The notes under the pieces are model-generated. The model saw only the letters and a list, made by a program, of their open reading frames with translations, did not search any database and was not told the origin of the DNA. A program made the position numbers and the translations under genes. Below, in pieces: positions 50,151 through 61,200 of a stretch of 64,000 bases of DNA. Each line of letters begins with the position of its first letter. Positions within the stretch are counted from its first letter, which is position 1. Location: assembly GCA_963668675.2 (NCBI GenBank), contig CAXXMB010000001.1:32001-96000 (forward strand), written 5' to 3'. Source of the stretch: an uncultured Desulfatitalea sp. (GTDB lineage Bacteria; Desulfobacterota; Desulfobacteria; Desulfobacterales; Desulfosarcinaceae).

Positions 50151-51344
50151 ATGAAACGACTGGTACAAATTTTTCGCACGTCGGCGGTCGTCGGCGTGCT
50201 TATATCCCTGGTAGTGGTGTTCGCCTATGCTGCCCTGCGGTCCGGTCCCCTGGCGCCTATCCAGGTAACCGTCGCCACGGTCGAAAATCAGTCGATTTCA
50301 CCCGGCCTGTTTGGTGTTGGTACGCTCGAAGCCCGCTACACCCACCGGATCGGTCCGACGTTTGCAGGTAGGGTCAAACGCGTGGATGTGCAGGTGGGCG
50401 ACATGGTTAAGGCCGGGGCTTTTCTCGGTGAAATGGATCCTGTGGATCTGGGTGAGCGCATTAAGGCCCAGGAGGCCGCGCTCAACCGTGCGCAGGCCAA
50501 TATCGCGACAGCCCGGGCTCAGGTCCAGGATATCCTGGCCACCTCAACCTTCGCAAAAAGTCAAGCTCGCCGCTATGAGCAACTGTTCATGGAAAGGGTA
50601 GCGACAACGGAATTGGTCGAAGCCAAGAGGCAGGAGCTTAAGGTGGCTGAGGCGCGGCTTCTGGCAGCCAAAGCCAATCTGGATGCAGTTCTTAACGAGC
50701 AGAGCAGCGTGCGTGCGGACCTGGAAGGCTTGATATTGCAACGCGCCAATTTGAGTCTTGTGGCGCCGGTGGACGGCCTCGTTACCGTCCGGGATGCCGA
50801 GCCGGGCACAACTGTCGTCGCCGGCCAGCCAGTGGTGGAATTGATCGATCCGTCGAGCCTGTGGATTAACGTGCGTTTCGATCAACTGCAGTCGGCCGGC
50901 CTGAGAGCGGGCCTTCCGGCCCGAATCGAACTGCGGTCCATGCCCGGGACTTCTGTCACCGGAAAGGTCCTGCGCGTCGAACCCATGGCCGACGCCGTTA
51001 CCGAAGAGATTCTGGCCAAAGTGATTTTCGACGCTTTGCCTGATCCATTGCCCCCTATCGGAGAATTGGCTGAAATCACCGTTGCGCTGCCCTCATTGCC
51101 GGCGTTGCCCGTTGTCCATAGCCCCAGCATACAACGCACCGATGGCTCGATCGGTGTCTGGCTGATCGAAAACGATGGGTTGCGATTTGCACCCATAACT
51201 CTGGGGGCGGCCGATCTCGATGGCCGGATACAGGTTCTCCGGGGACTGAATCCCGATCAACGGGTGGTGCTCTATAGCCAGCGTAAGTTGGGTCAGCACA
51301 GCCGCATCAAGGTCGTCGAGCAACTGCCGGGGGCTGGGCGATGA
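50151..51344 (+). CDS. Efflux periplasmic adaptor (membrane fusion protein)
   Basis: N-terminal anchor, GRV..V.V.VGD.V..G, coiled coil and APVDG. Confidence 0.9.
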   Translation: MKRLVQIFRTSAVVGVLISLVVVFAYAALRSGPLAPIQVTVATVENQSISPGLFGVGTLEARYTHRIGPTFAGRVKRVDVQVGDMVKAGAFLGEMDPVDLGERIKAQEAALNRAQANIATARAQVQDILATSTFAKSQARRYEQLFMERVATTELVEAKRQELKVAEARLLAAKANLDAVLNEQSSVRADLEGLILQRANLSLVAPVDGLVTVRDAEPGTTVVAGQPVVELIDPSSLWINVRFDQLQSAGLRAGLPARIELRSMPGTSVTGKVLRVEPMADAVTEEILAKVIFDALPDPLPPIGELAEITVALPSLPALPVVHSPSIQRTDGSIGVWLIENDGLRFAPITLGAADLDGRIQVLRGLNPDQRVVLYSQRKLGQHSRIKVVEQLPGAGR

Positions 51345-52534
51345 TCAGTCTGGCCGGCCGCGATATTTCACACGCCTGGGGCAAGTTCGTCTTTACTGGT
51401 ATCGGACTCGGGCTGCTCATCGGAGTAACCTTGTCGATGGCCGGCATTTACCGCGGCATGGTGGATGACGCCAAGGCGCTGCTCGACAACAGCGGGGCCG
51501 ACCTGTGGGTGGTGCAGCAGGATACGCTTGGCCCATATGCCGAATCTTCCAGCATCTACGACGATCAGTACCGCGGCATCCTGTCGATGGCCGGTGTGGC
51601 GCGCGCCGCCAATGTGACCTATTTTACCATGCAGGTTCGTTTGGGTGATAAGGATGTCAGGGCCATGGTGGTCGGCATTGTGCAGGGCGAGCCCGGTCAA
51701 CCGGAGTATTTGGTCGCCGGCCGACATATCACACGCAGCCATTACGAAGCCGTTGCCGATATCGCGACCGGTTTCCAGCTTGGCGATCGTATCCGTATCC
51801 GCCGCAACCTGTATACGGTTGTTGGGTTGACCCGACGCATGGTCTCATCCGGTGGTGACCCCATGGTGTTTATTCCCCTGAAAGACGCCCAGGAGGCACA
51901 GTTTTTGAGGGACAACGATGCCATTGTCCAGCAGCGCCGCCGCACGGCAGCCAACCCGGTGTTTGCCCGGCCCTGGGTGCCGGGCCTTCTCGATGCGGTG
52001 ATCGCTTCACAAAACACCAATCCCTATGTCAATGCCGTGCTGGTTCAACTAAAGCCCGGCTATAGCTCCGATCAAGTGGCCGATACGATTCGCCGCTGGA
52101 AACGCCTGCAAGTATACACCCGTGTGCAGATGGAAAAAATTCTGGTCGGCAAACTGATCGCCACATCGGCCCGGCAGATCGGCATGTTTCTGGTGATTCT
52201 ATCGGTGGTCAGCGCCGCCATCGTTGCTTTCATCATCTACACCCTGACCTTGGGGAAGATCCGTGAAATAGCCGTCCTCAAGCTGATCGGCACCAAAAAC
52301 CGCACCATTGCAGGGATGATTCTTCAACAAGCGATAGCACTGGGGGTGATCGGTTTTGTGGTGGGCAAGATAGCCGCCTTTTTCTGGGCACCAATTTTTC
52401 CCAAATATGTGCTGCTGCTACCCGGAGATGCCGTGCGTGGTTTTTTGGCGGTGGTAGTAATTTGTGTATTGGCCAGTGTGCTGGCCATTCGGGTTGCCCT
52501 CAAAGTTGACCCGGCGGAGGCCATCGGTGGCTGA
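51341..52534 (+). CDS. ABC transporter permease (MacB/FtsX family)
   Basis: GADLWV, REIAVLKLIG and VDPAEA. Confidence 0.9.
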   Translation: MISLAGRDISHAWGKFVFTGIGLGLLIGVTLSMAGIYRGMVDDAKALLDNSGADLWVVQQDTLGPYAESSSIYDDQYRGILSMAGVARAANVTYFTMQVRLGDKDVRAMVVGIVQGEPGQPEYLVAGRHITRSHYEAVADIATGFQLGDRIRIRRNLYTVVGLTRRMVSSGGDPMVFIPLKDAQEAQFLRDNDAIVQQRRRTAANPVFARPWVPGLLDAVIASQNTNPYVNAVLVQLKPGYSSDQVADTIRRWKRLQVYTRVQMEKILVGKLIATSARQIGMFLVILSVVSAAIVAFIIYTLTLGKIREIAVLKLIGTKNRTIAGMILQQAIALGVIGFVVGKIAAFFWAPIFPKYVLLLPGDAVRGFLAVVVICVLASVLAIRVALKVDPAEAIGG

Positions 52535-53243
52535 CATCTGTGAAAATGGGATCTGTGTCGACGGATTGCGAAAACGTTACGGCAAGGGAGATACCGCTGT
52601 CGATGCGCTCAGGGGGGTGAATATGCAGGTTGCCCCAGGTGAGGTGGTCGGCTTAATCGGTCCGTCGGGCTCGGGCAAGAGCACCCTGCTCAAATGCCTC
52701 GGAGCGGTCGTCGAACCCACCGCTGGGCGCATGATATTAGGCGGGGGGGTCATCTATGACGATGCGTGGAAGATCTCCGACCTGCGTACCTTGCGGCGCG
52801 ACAAGATCGGTTTTGTCTTTCAGGCCCCCTACTTGATCCCGTTTCTTAATGTCACCGACAATGTCGCCTTGTTGCCGATGCTGGCCGGAAAGGCCAATGG
52901 CGATGCCCGCAAGCGGGCCTTGGAACTGCTCGATGCCCTGGATGTCGTTCACCGGGCCAAAGCCATGCCGCCACAGCTTTCCGGCGGCGAACAGCAGCGT
53001 GTCGCCATCGCCAGGGCCCTGGTGAACCGGCCGCCGGTAATCCTGGCCGATGAACCCACGGCGCCGTTGGATAGCGAACGTGCCTTGGCCGTGATTCGAA
53101 TCCTTAACCAAATGGCCCGGCAATATGAGACGGCCATCATTGTGGTGACGCATGATGAAAAGATCATTCCCACCTTCAAGCGGATCTATCACATCCGCGA
53201 TGGATATACCCATGAAACGACTGGTATAGGGAAGATGGTATAA
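52527..53243 (+). CDS. ABC transporter ATP-binding protein (LolD/MacB-like)
   Basis: [29 protein letters not shown] and VTHD. Confidence 0.93.
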   Translation: MADICENGICVDGLRKRYGKGDTAVDALRGVNMQVAPGEVVGLIGPSGSGKSTLLKCLGAVVEPTAGRMILGGGVIYDDAWKISDLRTLRRDKIGFVFQAPYLIPFLNVTDNVALLPMLAGKANGDARKRALELLDALDVVHRAKAMPPQLSGGEQQRVAIARALVNRPPVILADEPTAPLDSERALAVIRILNQMARQYETAIIVVTHDEKIIPTFKRIYHIRDGYTHETTGIGKMV

Positions 53244-53271
53244 AAAAGAGTCGATACCCTGATTCCTGACG

Positions 53272-54498
53272 ATGATGCCGAAGGAAAGCATGGAAAAATT
53301 CTATAAAGAGCGGTTCGAGGCCCTGAGGCGTCTGATAAAAAAGACAGCGCCTTTGATGGAAGTCAATGAGATCATCGAAAAAGTCAGGGAAGAATTGCGA
53401 AACATGATTCCCAATGCCATGGAGGTTTGTATTCTTCTGCTTGATCCTGATGCCGAAAAGTATACAAGCCCGCTTCAATGTGCGCTGTACGAGACACCGG
53501 TCAGTTGTCAGGCGTGCAAACGTGACCGCCCCGCAGTTCAAAAGGCGACCTTCCGGAAAAAGCCAGTGGTGGTTTCCCAAAGCGAGCCAATCAGGAGGAT
53601 GGACCATACGCTTGTCACGGTAGGTCCTGAATATGCCATACCGGTTTTAATTGAAAACAGCGTTTTCGCGGTGGTCAGTGTCGTAATTCAGCCCTTTACT
53701 AAATATGCGCTTAAAGATTTCTTTCTTATCAGCGACTGTGCCCAACTGCTCAAAGGGATCATTATAAATGCAAAACGACAATGGGAGATAACCCAGGAAA
53801 AAATCAGAATCAGCAGGATGTTGGACAACATTTCACCATTCGTGCCTGCATCCGTGCGCAATATAGTAGATAAGAATCCGGAAATGCTGACCCAGGAAAA
53901 GAAGAGAAAAGAAGTCAGTGTTCTGTTTTTGGATCTTGAAGGATATACCAAACTGAGCAGTATCAGACCGGATACCGAGGTCAATCGCGTCATAGAGAAG
54001 ATGTTTTCAAGTTTCGTTGACCCGATTCACAGGTCGCATGGCGATATCAACGAAACGTCAGGTGATGCGCTCATGATCATTTTCAAAGACCATGACGCTA
54101 GAACCAATGCGATTAACGCAGTCAAGGCTGCATTCGAAATTGCCGAGCGAAACCGGGCAATCAATAAATCTCTGGCAAGCGTTTCTCAGCCGATTGAGGT
54201 AAATATCGGTATTAATTCCGGTAGTGCGCTTGTGGGAATGACACGCTTTGAAGGCTCCCTGGATACCCGGATGACCTATACGGCAAGTGGTTCGGTGACC
54301 AACATTGCCGCCCGTCTTTCGGATTTTGCCAAAGGTGGTGATATCCTTATCGGAGAAAGAACAAAAAAGATGATTGAAGACGTCTGGCCGTGTTTTGATC
54401 GTGGATTTGCCCAACTCAAAGGAATAAAAGAGGCTGTCAGGATTTATTCCCTGCGCAAGAAGCATGATGGACAACCATCATTTCCGGCCCGACAGTAA
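53272..54498 (+). CDS. Class III adenylate/guanylate cyclase with N-terminal GAF-like region
   Basis: VLFLDLEGYT, GDALM, IGINSG and TNIAARL. Confidence 0.88.
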   Translation: MMPKESMEKFYKERFEALRRLIKKTAPLMEVNEIIEKVREELRNMIPNAMEVCILLLDPDAEKYTSPLQCALYETPVSCQACKRDRPAVQKATFRKKPVVVSQSEPIRRMDHTLVTVGPEYAIPVLIENSVFAVVSVVIQPFTKYALKDFFLISDCAQLLKGIIINAKRQWEITQEKIRISRMLDNISPFVPASVRNIVDKNPEMLTQEKKRKEVSVLFLDLEGYTKLSSIRPDTEVNRVIEKMFSSFVDPIHRSHGDINETSGDALMIIFKDHDARTNAINAVKAAFEIAERNRAINKSLASVSQPIEVNIGINSGSALVGMTRFEGSLDTRMTYTASGSVTNIAARLSDFAKGGDILIGERTKKMIEDVWPCFDRGFAQLKGIKEAVRIYSLRKKHDGQPSFPARQ

Positions 54499-54507
54499 TG
54501 AACACTG

Positions 54508-54828
54508 CTATTCTTCGATCGGCTTGCAGTCGTCTTCCGGGAACAGGACCGACAATGCGTCAGGATGACCGACCAGCAGGCTTACGCCATTCGCGCTGGG
54601 CCGCTTGCATGGCTCAGCGCCAAGCGCTTCTGCGACGAGGACCGACGCAGGGGAAAAGTAAACTTTGGCTTCGCAATGAAGACGGCCCGATTCATGGCGT
54701 AGGAAAACCGCTGCGTCAGCGGGGCAGTCATCATTTGCATACGCCGAATGAAAGGCCTCCGCAACCTGGTCTAAGCCCTGGAAGGCCAACATCGCGTCAC
54801 CAAGATTCTTACAATACCATAAGCTCAT
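54508..54828 (-). CDS. Hypothetical protein
   Basis: GAGGA RBS. Reads NLGDAMLA...RHES.LHCE..VYFSP. No function assignable. Confidence 0.65.
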   Translation of the reverse strand: MSLWYCKNLGDAMLAFQGLDQVAEAFHSAYANDDCPADAAVFLRHESGRLHCEAKVYFSPASVLVAEALGAEPCKRPSANGVSLLVGHPDALSVLFPEDDCKPIEE

Positions 54829-54925
54829 TTCTTCCTCGACATACAACATATGTTAATCACTTCAGTACAATGGGCAACCGAATGAATTGTACCTCAATCT
54901 GATATGATTTTTTTATTCGACCTAG

Positions 54926-54941
54926 TTTGCGGCAGCGCAAA
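54926..54941. promoter_or_regulatory. NnrR-type box upstream of hcp
   Basis: TTTGCG-GCAG-CGCAAA, with TATTCT at 54963 in class-II activator spacing. Confidence 0.78.
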
Positions 54942-55132
54942 GACTGGCTTCAAAAGGGAGGTTATTCTCAGTTATAAACGACATCGGATAGGAAAAAAAA
55001 CAAGTGTAAGTTTTCGTTGACCATCAGACACCCCTGTCAAGGGAACTTACCCGGGACGTGATTTGCAAAGCAGTTCAATAAAGAGTGACAGAAATAGATA
55101 TAGATTATCTTAACCCAAGAAGGAGGATTTTC

Positions 55133-56797
55133 ATGTTCTGTTTTCAGTGTCAGGAAACCGCTAAAAACACCGGCTGTACCGTCAAAGGCGTGTGCGGCAA
55201 ACCGGAGGAAACGGCCAACCTTCAAGACCTGCTGATTTTCGTGCTCAAGGGGATTTCGGTTTACGGTGAAAAGCTCAAGGAACTGGGGGTGCCGGATCGC
55301 AGCAACGATGATTTCATCGCCCAGGCTCTGTTTGCCACCATCACCAATGCCAACTGGGACGATACTCGCTTCAGCGCCATGATCCAGGAGGGTCTCGATC
55401 GGCGGGATCGACTGAAGGCCTCTTTTCTGGAAGCCTATAAACAGAAAAACGGCAGAGATTTCGACAAGGCGCTGCCCGAGGCGGCCACCTGGGTGGCCGG
55501 CAGTCCGTCCGGCTATGCCGAAAAAGCCAAATCCGTGGGTGTGCTGTCCACCGAAAACGAGGATGTACGCTCATTGCGCGAGCTCTTGGTGATTGGTTTG
55601 AAAGGGGTTGCCGCATATGCGGACCATGCTGCCATCTTGGGATTTCAAAAAGATGCGATTGACGATTTCATGATGGAAGCCCTGGCTTCCACCACAAAGG
55701 AGTTGGCGGTTGATGAGATGGTGGCGCTGGTCATGAAAGCCGGTGATACGGCCGTTGCGACCATGGCGCTGCTGGACGAGGCCAATACCACCGCCTACGG
55801 CAACCCGGAAATGACGCAAGTGAATATCGGTGTCGGCAAAAAACCGGGTATACTGATCACCGGCCATGATTTGAAAGACATGGAGGAACTGCTCAAGCAG
55901 ACCCAAGGCACCGGCGTGGATGTCTATACTCACGGCGAGATGCTGCCGGCCAATTACTATCCGGCCTTTAAAAAGTACGACCATTTTGTGGGCAACTACG
56001 GCGGGTCATGGTGGCATCAGAACAAAGAGTTCGAGTCCTTCAACGGACCGATTCTGTTGACCACCAACTGTCTGGTGCCGTTGAAAAAGGACAACACCTA
56101 CCTCGACCGGCTCTTTACTACCGGTGTGGTGGGGTATGCGGGTGCCACGCACATTGCGGACCGGCCTTCCGGCGGCTGCAAAGATTTTTCAGCCCTGATC
56201 GAAAAAGCCAAGGCCTGCCCGCCGCCCACTGAAATCGAAAGTGGGACCATTGTCGGCGGATTCGCCCATAACCAGGTCCTGGCCTTGGCCGATAAGGTGG
56301 TGGCAGCGGTGAAATCCGGGGCTATCAAACGTTTCGTGGTCATGGCGGGTTGCGACGGTCGCCAGAAATCCCGCAGCTACTATACCGACGTCGCCGAAAA
56401 CCTGCCCAAGGACACGGTGATTCTCACCGCCGGTTGCGCCAAGTACCGCTATAACAAACTGAATCTTGGCGATATCGGCGGCATCCCGCGTGTTTTGGAT
56501 GCCGGCCAGTGTAATGACTCCTACTCCCTGGCCGTGATCGCCTTGAAACTCAAAGAGGTGTTCGGACTGGAAGACATCAACGAGCTGCCGATCTCCTACG
56601 ACATTGCCTGGTACGAACAGAAGGCCGTGGCGGTGCTTCTGGCCCTGCTGGCCCTTGGCGTCAAGGGTATCCGCCTGGGGCCAACGCTGCCGGCTTTTCT
56701 CTCCCCCAACGTCGCCAAGGTGCTGGTGGAGAAGTTTGATATCAAACCCATAGGAACCGTCGAAGACGATATCGCAGCCATGATGGCCGGAAATTAG
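55133..56797 (+). CDS. hcp: Hybrid cluster protein (hydroxylamine/NO reductase)
   Basis: MFCFQCQE...GC...[30 protein letters not shown] and WYEQKA. Confidence 0.98.
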   Translation: MFCFQCQETAKNTGCTVKGVCGKPEETANLQDLLIFVLKGISVYGEKLKELGVPDRSNDDFIAQALFATITNANWDDTRFSAMIQEGLDRRDRLKASFLEAYKQKNGRDFDKALPEAATWVAGSPSGYAEKAKSVGVLSTENEDVRSLRELLVIGLKGVAAYADHAAILGFQKDAIDDFMMEALASTTKELAVDEMVALVMKAGDTAVATMALLDEANTTAYGNPEMTQVNIGVGKKPGILITGHDLKDMEELLKQTQGTGVDVYTHGEMLPANYYPAFKKYDHFVGNYGGSWWHQNKEFESFNGPILLTTNCLVPLKKDNTYLDRLFTTGVVGYAGATHIADRPSGGCKDFSALIEKAKACPPPTEIESGTIVGGFAHNQVLALADKVVAAVKSGAIKRFVVMAGCDGRQKSRSYYTDVAENLPKDTVILTAGCAKYRYNKLNLGDIGGIPRVLDAGQCNDSYSLAVIALKLKEVFGLEDINELPISYDIAWYEQKAVAVLLALLALGVKGIRLGPTLPAFLSPNVAKVLVEKFDIKPIGTVEDDIAAMMAGN

Positions 56798-56820
56798 CCG
56801 GTACCTATCCACAAAGGGTT

Positions 56821-56854
56821 GTTTTCCCGATCCGCCGAGGCGGATCGGGAAAAC
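56821..56854. terminator. Hairpin between hcp and fprA
   Basis: GTTTTCCCGATCCGCC / GGCGGATCGGGAAAAC. Confidence 0.55.
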
Positions 56855-56895
56855 CTATCGGTCCTGGGCACCCTGACTAAAAAGGAGGTACTTTC

Positions 56896-58074
56896 ATGCA
56901 AAAAAGAGAAGTCAAAGCAAAGATTTATTGGCTGGGCGCCATTGATTGGGACCGACGCCTTTTCGACTCCCTCATTCCTCTGCCCGACGGCACGACCTAC
57001 AATGCTTATCTGGTCGAAGGCAGCGCGAAGACCGCCTTACTGGACACGGTCGATCCGCTGATGGTCGATGAATTAATGGCTCAACTGGATGGCGTCTCAG
57101 GAATCGACTACATCGTTTCGCACCACGCCGAGCAGGACCATTCGGGCGCAATTCCGCTGGTCCTCGAGCGGTTTCCGCAAGCCAAGGTGATTGTCACTCC
57201 GAAAGCCAAGGTGATGCTCATGGATCTGCTGAAAATTCCCGAGAGCAGCCTCGTAACCGTGAAAGATGGTGAAGCATTATCACTTGGCGACAAGACCCTG
57301 AAGTTTATTCACACTCCCTGGGTACACTGGCCGGAAACCATGGTGACCTACCTGGAAGAAGATCGAATCCTGTTCAGTTGTGATTTTTATGGTTCCCATA
57401 TCGCCAGCAGCGATATGTTCGTGACGGATCAAGGCCGCGTGCAGGAAGCTGCCAAGCGCTACTTTGCCGAGATCATGATGCCCTTTCGCGGTGTAATTGC
57501 GAAGAATATTGAAAAGCTCGGGGCCTATGACATCCAAACGATCGCCCCAAGCCACGGACAGATCTATGATGATCCGGCCTGGATCATGGCGGATTACCGG
57601 GAGTGGACGATGGCAAGCCCCAAAAACACGGTGGTGCTGCCCTATGTCTCCATGCATGCCAGCACCCGGCAGATGGTGGACCATCTGGTGGCCGCTCTGG
57701 TGAAGAATGGTGTGCGTGTGGAACGGTTCAATTTGACGGTGACCGATATCGGAAAGCTTGCCATGGCCCTGGTCGATGCGGCAACGATTGTCGTCGGGAC
57801 CCCCACAGTCTTGGCCGGCCCCCATCCGTTGGCCGCCTACGCCGCTTTTCTGGCCAACGCCCTGCGCCCCAAGGCGCAATTTTTATCGATCATCGGTTCA
57901 TACGGATGGGGCGGTAAGGCCGTGGAAACCCTGGCGGCAATGATCCCCAACCTCAAGGTCGAGGTGTTGGCACCGGTTTTGTGCAAAGGCGTACCGACGC
58001 AACCTGATTTTGAAGCCCTGGACCACTTGGCCGAAACCATTGCAGCCAAGCACAAGGAAAATGGTTTCGCTTGA
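56896..58074 (+). CDS. fprA: Flavodiiron protein (FprA/A-type flavoprotein)
   Basis: GTTYNAYL, HAEQDH, HWPE, SCD and PSHG, with a C-terminal flavodoxin (GSYGW). Confidence 0.93.
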   Translation: MQKREVKAKIYWLGAIDWDRRLFDSLIPLPDGTTYNAYLVEGSAKTALLDTVDPLMVDELMAQLDGVSGIDYIVSHHAEQDHSGAIPLVLERFPQAKVIVTPKAKVMLMDLLKIPESSLVTVKDGEALSLGDKTLKFIHTPWVHWPETMVTYLEEDRILFSCDFYGSHIASSDMFVTDQGRVQEAAKRYFAEIMMPFRGVIAKNIEKLGAYDIQTIAPSHGQIYDDPAWIMADYREWTMASPKNTVVLPYVSMHASTRQMVDHLVAALVKNGVRVERFNLTVTDIGKLAMALVDAATIVVGTPTVLAGPHPLAAYAAFLANALRPKAQFLSIIGSYGWGGKAVETLAAMIPNLKVEVLAPVLCKGVPTQPDFEALDHLAETIAAKHKENGFA

Positions 58075-58093
58075 GAGAAAAAGGATCTCTTTT

Positions 58094-58122
58094 TTGACCT
58101 AAGTCATTTCTGCCGTTATACT
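58094..58122 (+). promoter_or_regulatory. sigma70 promoter of narG, with -35 overlapped by a Crp/Fnr-like palindrome
   Basis: TTGACC-N17-TATACT. TTGAC-CTAA-GTCAT at 58094-58107. Confidence 0.65.
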
Positions 58123-58298
58123 GATTCGGTATGCTTGAGACACTATCCCTGTGAATGCGATCGTTCGCCAGGGAGTGCATCGGCAACATCACCTCGCGGG
58201 AGATATTCAGCTCACCCATTAGAACGACAGGCGACCTTGAACCGGGTCTCTGTCAACGTCATTACCCTCAGGCTCTGCTATCTGTTTAGGAGGTGCCC

Positions 58299-61200
58299 AT
58301 GTCCGAAGGTTCCTTTTTGTCCGCGCTAAGATTTTTCCGCCCCAAAGGGGGGCGTGCCGGCTGTCGTGAAGAAAAAACAGACGATGGGTGGACCCAGACC
58401 CGCTGCGGTCAGCGCGAGTGGGAAGATCTGTATCGCCGCCGTTGGCAGTACGACAAGAAGGTGCGCTCCACCCACGGAGTCAACTGCACCGGTTCCTGCT
58501 CCTGGGATGTCTATGTGAAAGACGGCATCCTGGTGTGGGAGACCCAGGCCACGGACTATCCGGCCTGCGGCGAAGGATACCCCAATCATGAACCGCGCGG
58601 GTGCCCGCGCGGGGCGACATACTCGTGGTACACCTACAGCCCGGTCCGGTTGAAATACCCCTTGATCCGATCCAGCTTGATGGAGATATGGCGTGAGGCG
58701 CTGGAGCGGACCAACGATCCGGTGTCTGCCTGGGAGAGCATCGTCGATGACGAGGAAAAGCGCCGCCGGTTTCACCGGGAGCGCGGCAAGGGCGGGTTCG
58801 TCAGGGCCACTTGGGATCTGGCCGCCACGATGATTGCCGCGTCTCTGATCCACACCATAAAAAAATACGGGCCGGACCGCATTTTCGGGTTTTCGCCGAT
58901 TCCGGCCATGTCCATGGTGTGCTACGCCTCGGGTTCACGGTTTTTGTCATTAATCGGTGCGTCCATGATCAGCTTCTACGACTGGTATTGCGACCTGCCG
59001 CCCGCCTCGCCGCAAATATGGGGGGAACAGACCGATGTGCCCGAAAGCGCAGACTGGTACGAATCGAGCTATTTCATCGTCTGGGGCACCAACCTGCCCA
59101 TGACGCGCACCCCCGATGCTCATTTTTACACAGAGGCCCGCTATCGCGGCGCCCGGGTGGCTGCGGTGGCGCCCGATTACGCTGAGTATGTCAAGTTCGC
59201 CGACACCTGGCTGCCGGCCAAGGCGGGAACCGATGCGGCTCTGGCCATGGCCATGACCCATGTCATTGTCAAGGAGTTCTATGTTGACCGTCAGGTGCCC
59301 TATTTTATCGACTACGCCAAGCAGTATACCGATCTGCCTTTTGTGGTGGTGCTCGAAGAGCGCGGCGACTTCCATGCCCCCGGCCGGTTCCTGCGTGCAG
59401 CGGACCTCGGCCTGGAGACGAACAACGCCCAATGGAAAACCGTGGTGTTTGACGCGGCCAGCGGTGATTTTCATGTTCCCAACGGCAGCATCGGGTTCCG
59501 CTGGAACGAAGAGGGGCGCTGGAACCTGAAGCTGGTGGAAGGCGACCTACCCATCGACCCGCTGCTCAGTTTCGGGGACGCAGCAGATGGATGGCGGGAA
59601 GTCTCTTTTCCGATATTCGAAGTTGCCCGAGCCGGTTCGAAAAAGGGTCTGGTGCCCTTTAAGACCCTTACCTCAGGTTCGACGAAACTGCGCGTGGCGA
59701 CGGTTTTGGATCTGATGGCCGCCCAACTGGGTGTGTCGCTCAAGAATTCACCCTCTGTACCTTCAGACTATCCGACCGACTACACCGATTCCAAAACTTA
59801 TACGCCTGCCTGGCAGGAAGCCATCACCGGCGTACCGGCGGCCGATGCCATCCGGGTGGCGCGCGAGTTCGCCGAAAATGCCGAAAAGACCCGCGGCAAA
59901 TCGATGATCTTCTTAGGGGCCGGGACCAACCACTGGTATCACAGCGACATGATCTATCGCACCATCATCAACCTGACCACCCTGTGCGGTTGCCAGGGGG
60001 TCAACGGCGGCGGTTGGGCGCACTATGTCGGCCAGGAGAAGGTGCGTCCCCAGGCGGCATGGTCCCAGGTGGCCTTCGGTCTGGATTGGAAAAGACCACC
60101 GCGGCTGCAAAACGGCACCTCGTTTTACTATTTCGCCAGCGACCAGTGGCGCTACGACAGCCTGCGGCCTGAAACCGTGTTTTCGCCGCTGGCCGAAAAA
60201 AAGCCGCTTCAGCACATGGCCGACTACAACGTGATCGCCGCCCGCCTGGGATGGCTGCCCTCATATCCCCAGTTCGATCGAAACCCCATCGAACTGGTGC
60301 GCGAAGCCGTGGCCAACGGAGCCGAGTCGGACGAGCAGATTGTGGCCTATGCGGTCGATAAATTGAAGAGGGGCGAGTTGCACTTTGCTGTGGAAGATCC
60401 GGACGACCCGGCCAATTTCCCGAGGGTGCTGTTCCTGTGGCGGGCCAACCTGCTCGGCGCCAGCGGCAAAGGCCATGAGTATTTTCTCAAGCACCTGCTG
60501 GGCGTGGACAGCGCGGTGCTGAGCACGGACAGCGACCTGCGCCCCGAAGAGATCAAATGGCGCGAGCCGGCCCCGGAAGGCAAGCTGGACCTGCTGGTTA
60601 CCCTGGAGCTGCGCATGTCCACCAGTGCCATGTATGCCGACATTGCCCTGCCGGCGGCCGGCTGGTACGAGATGCACGATCTGAACACCACCGACATGCA
60701 CCCGTTCATCCACCCGTTCAACCCGGCCATCGACCCTCCCTGGGAAACCCGCACCAACTGGGAACAGTTTAAAACCATCGCCGAGAAATTCTCGCAAATG
60801 GCGGTCGAACATTTAGGCCCAGTCAAAGACCTGGTGGCTACGCCCCTGATGCACGACAGCCCCGGTGAAATAGCCCAGCCGGACGTCAGGGACTGGCGCA
60901 AAGGTGAAGGCGAGCCGCAACCCGGCCGGACGATGCCCAACCTGACGGTGGTGACCCGCGACTACCCGGCGGTTCATCGCATGATGACCGCCCTGGGCCC
61001 CTTGGCCGCTTCGGTGGGTGTGGGTTCCAAGGGCGTCATGTGGCCGGCCCAGGATGAAGTAGAGGCACTGAAAACCGCATTGGGTACGGTAACCGAGGCG
61101 GGTGCAAGCCAGGGCATGCCGACCATGCACACCGCCAAGCAGGTGGCCGAAACCATTTTGATGCTGGCACCGGAAACCAATGGCGAGACGGCGGTCAAGG

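Noticed and set aside
58123..58298. Moco riboswitch in the narG leader
   Set aside because: I could not match the conserved Moco-motif elements by eye.
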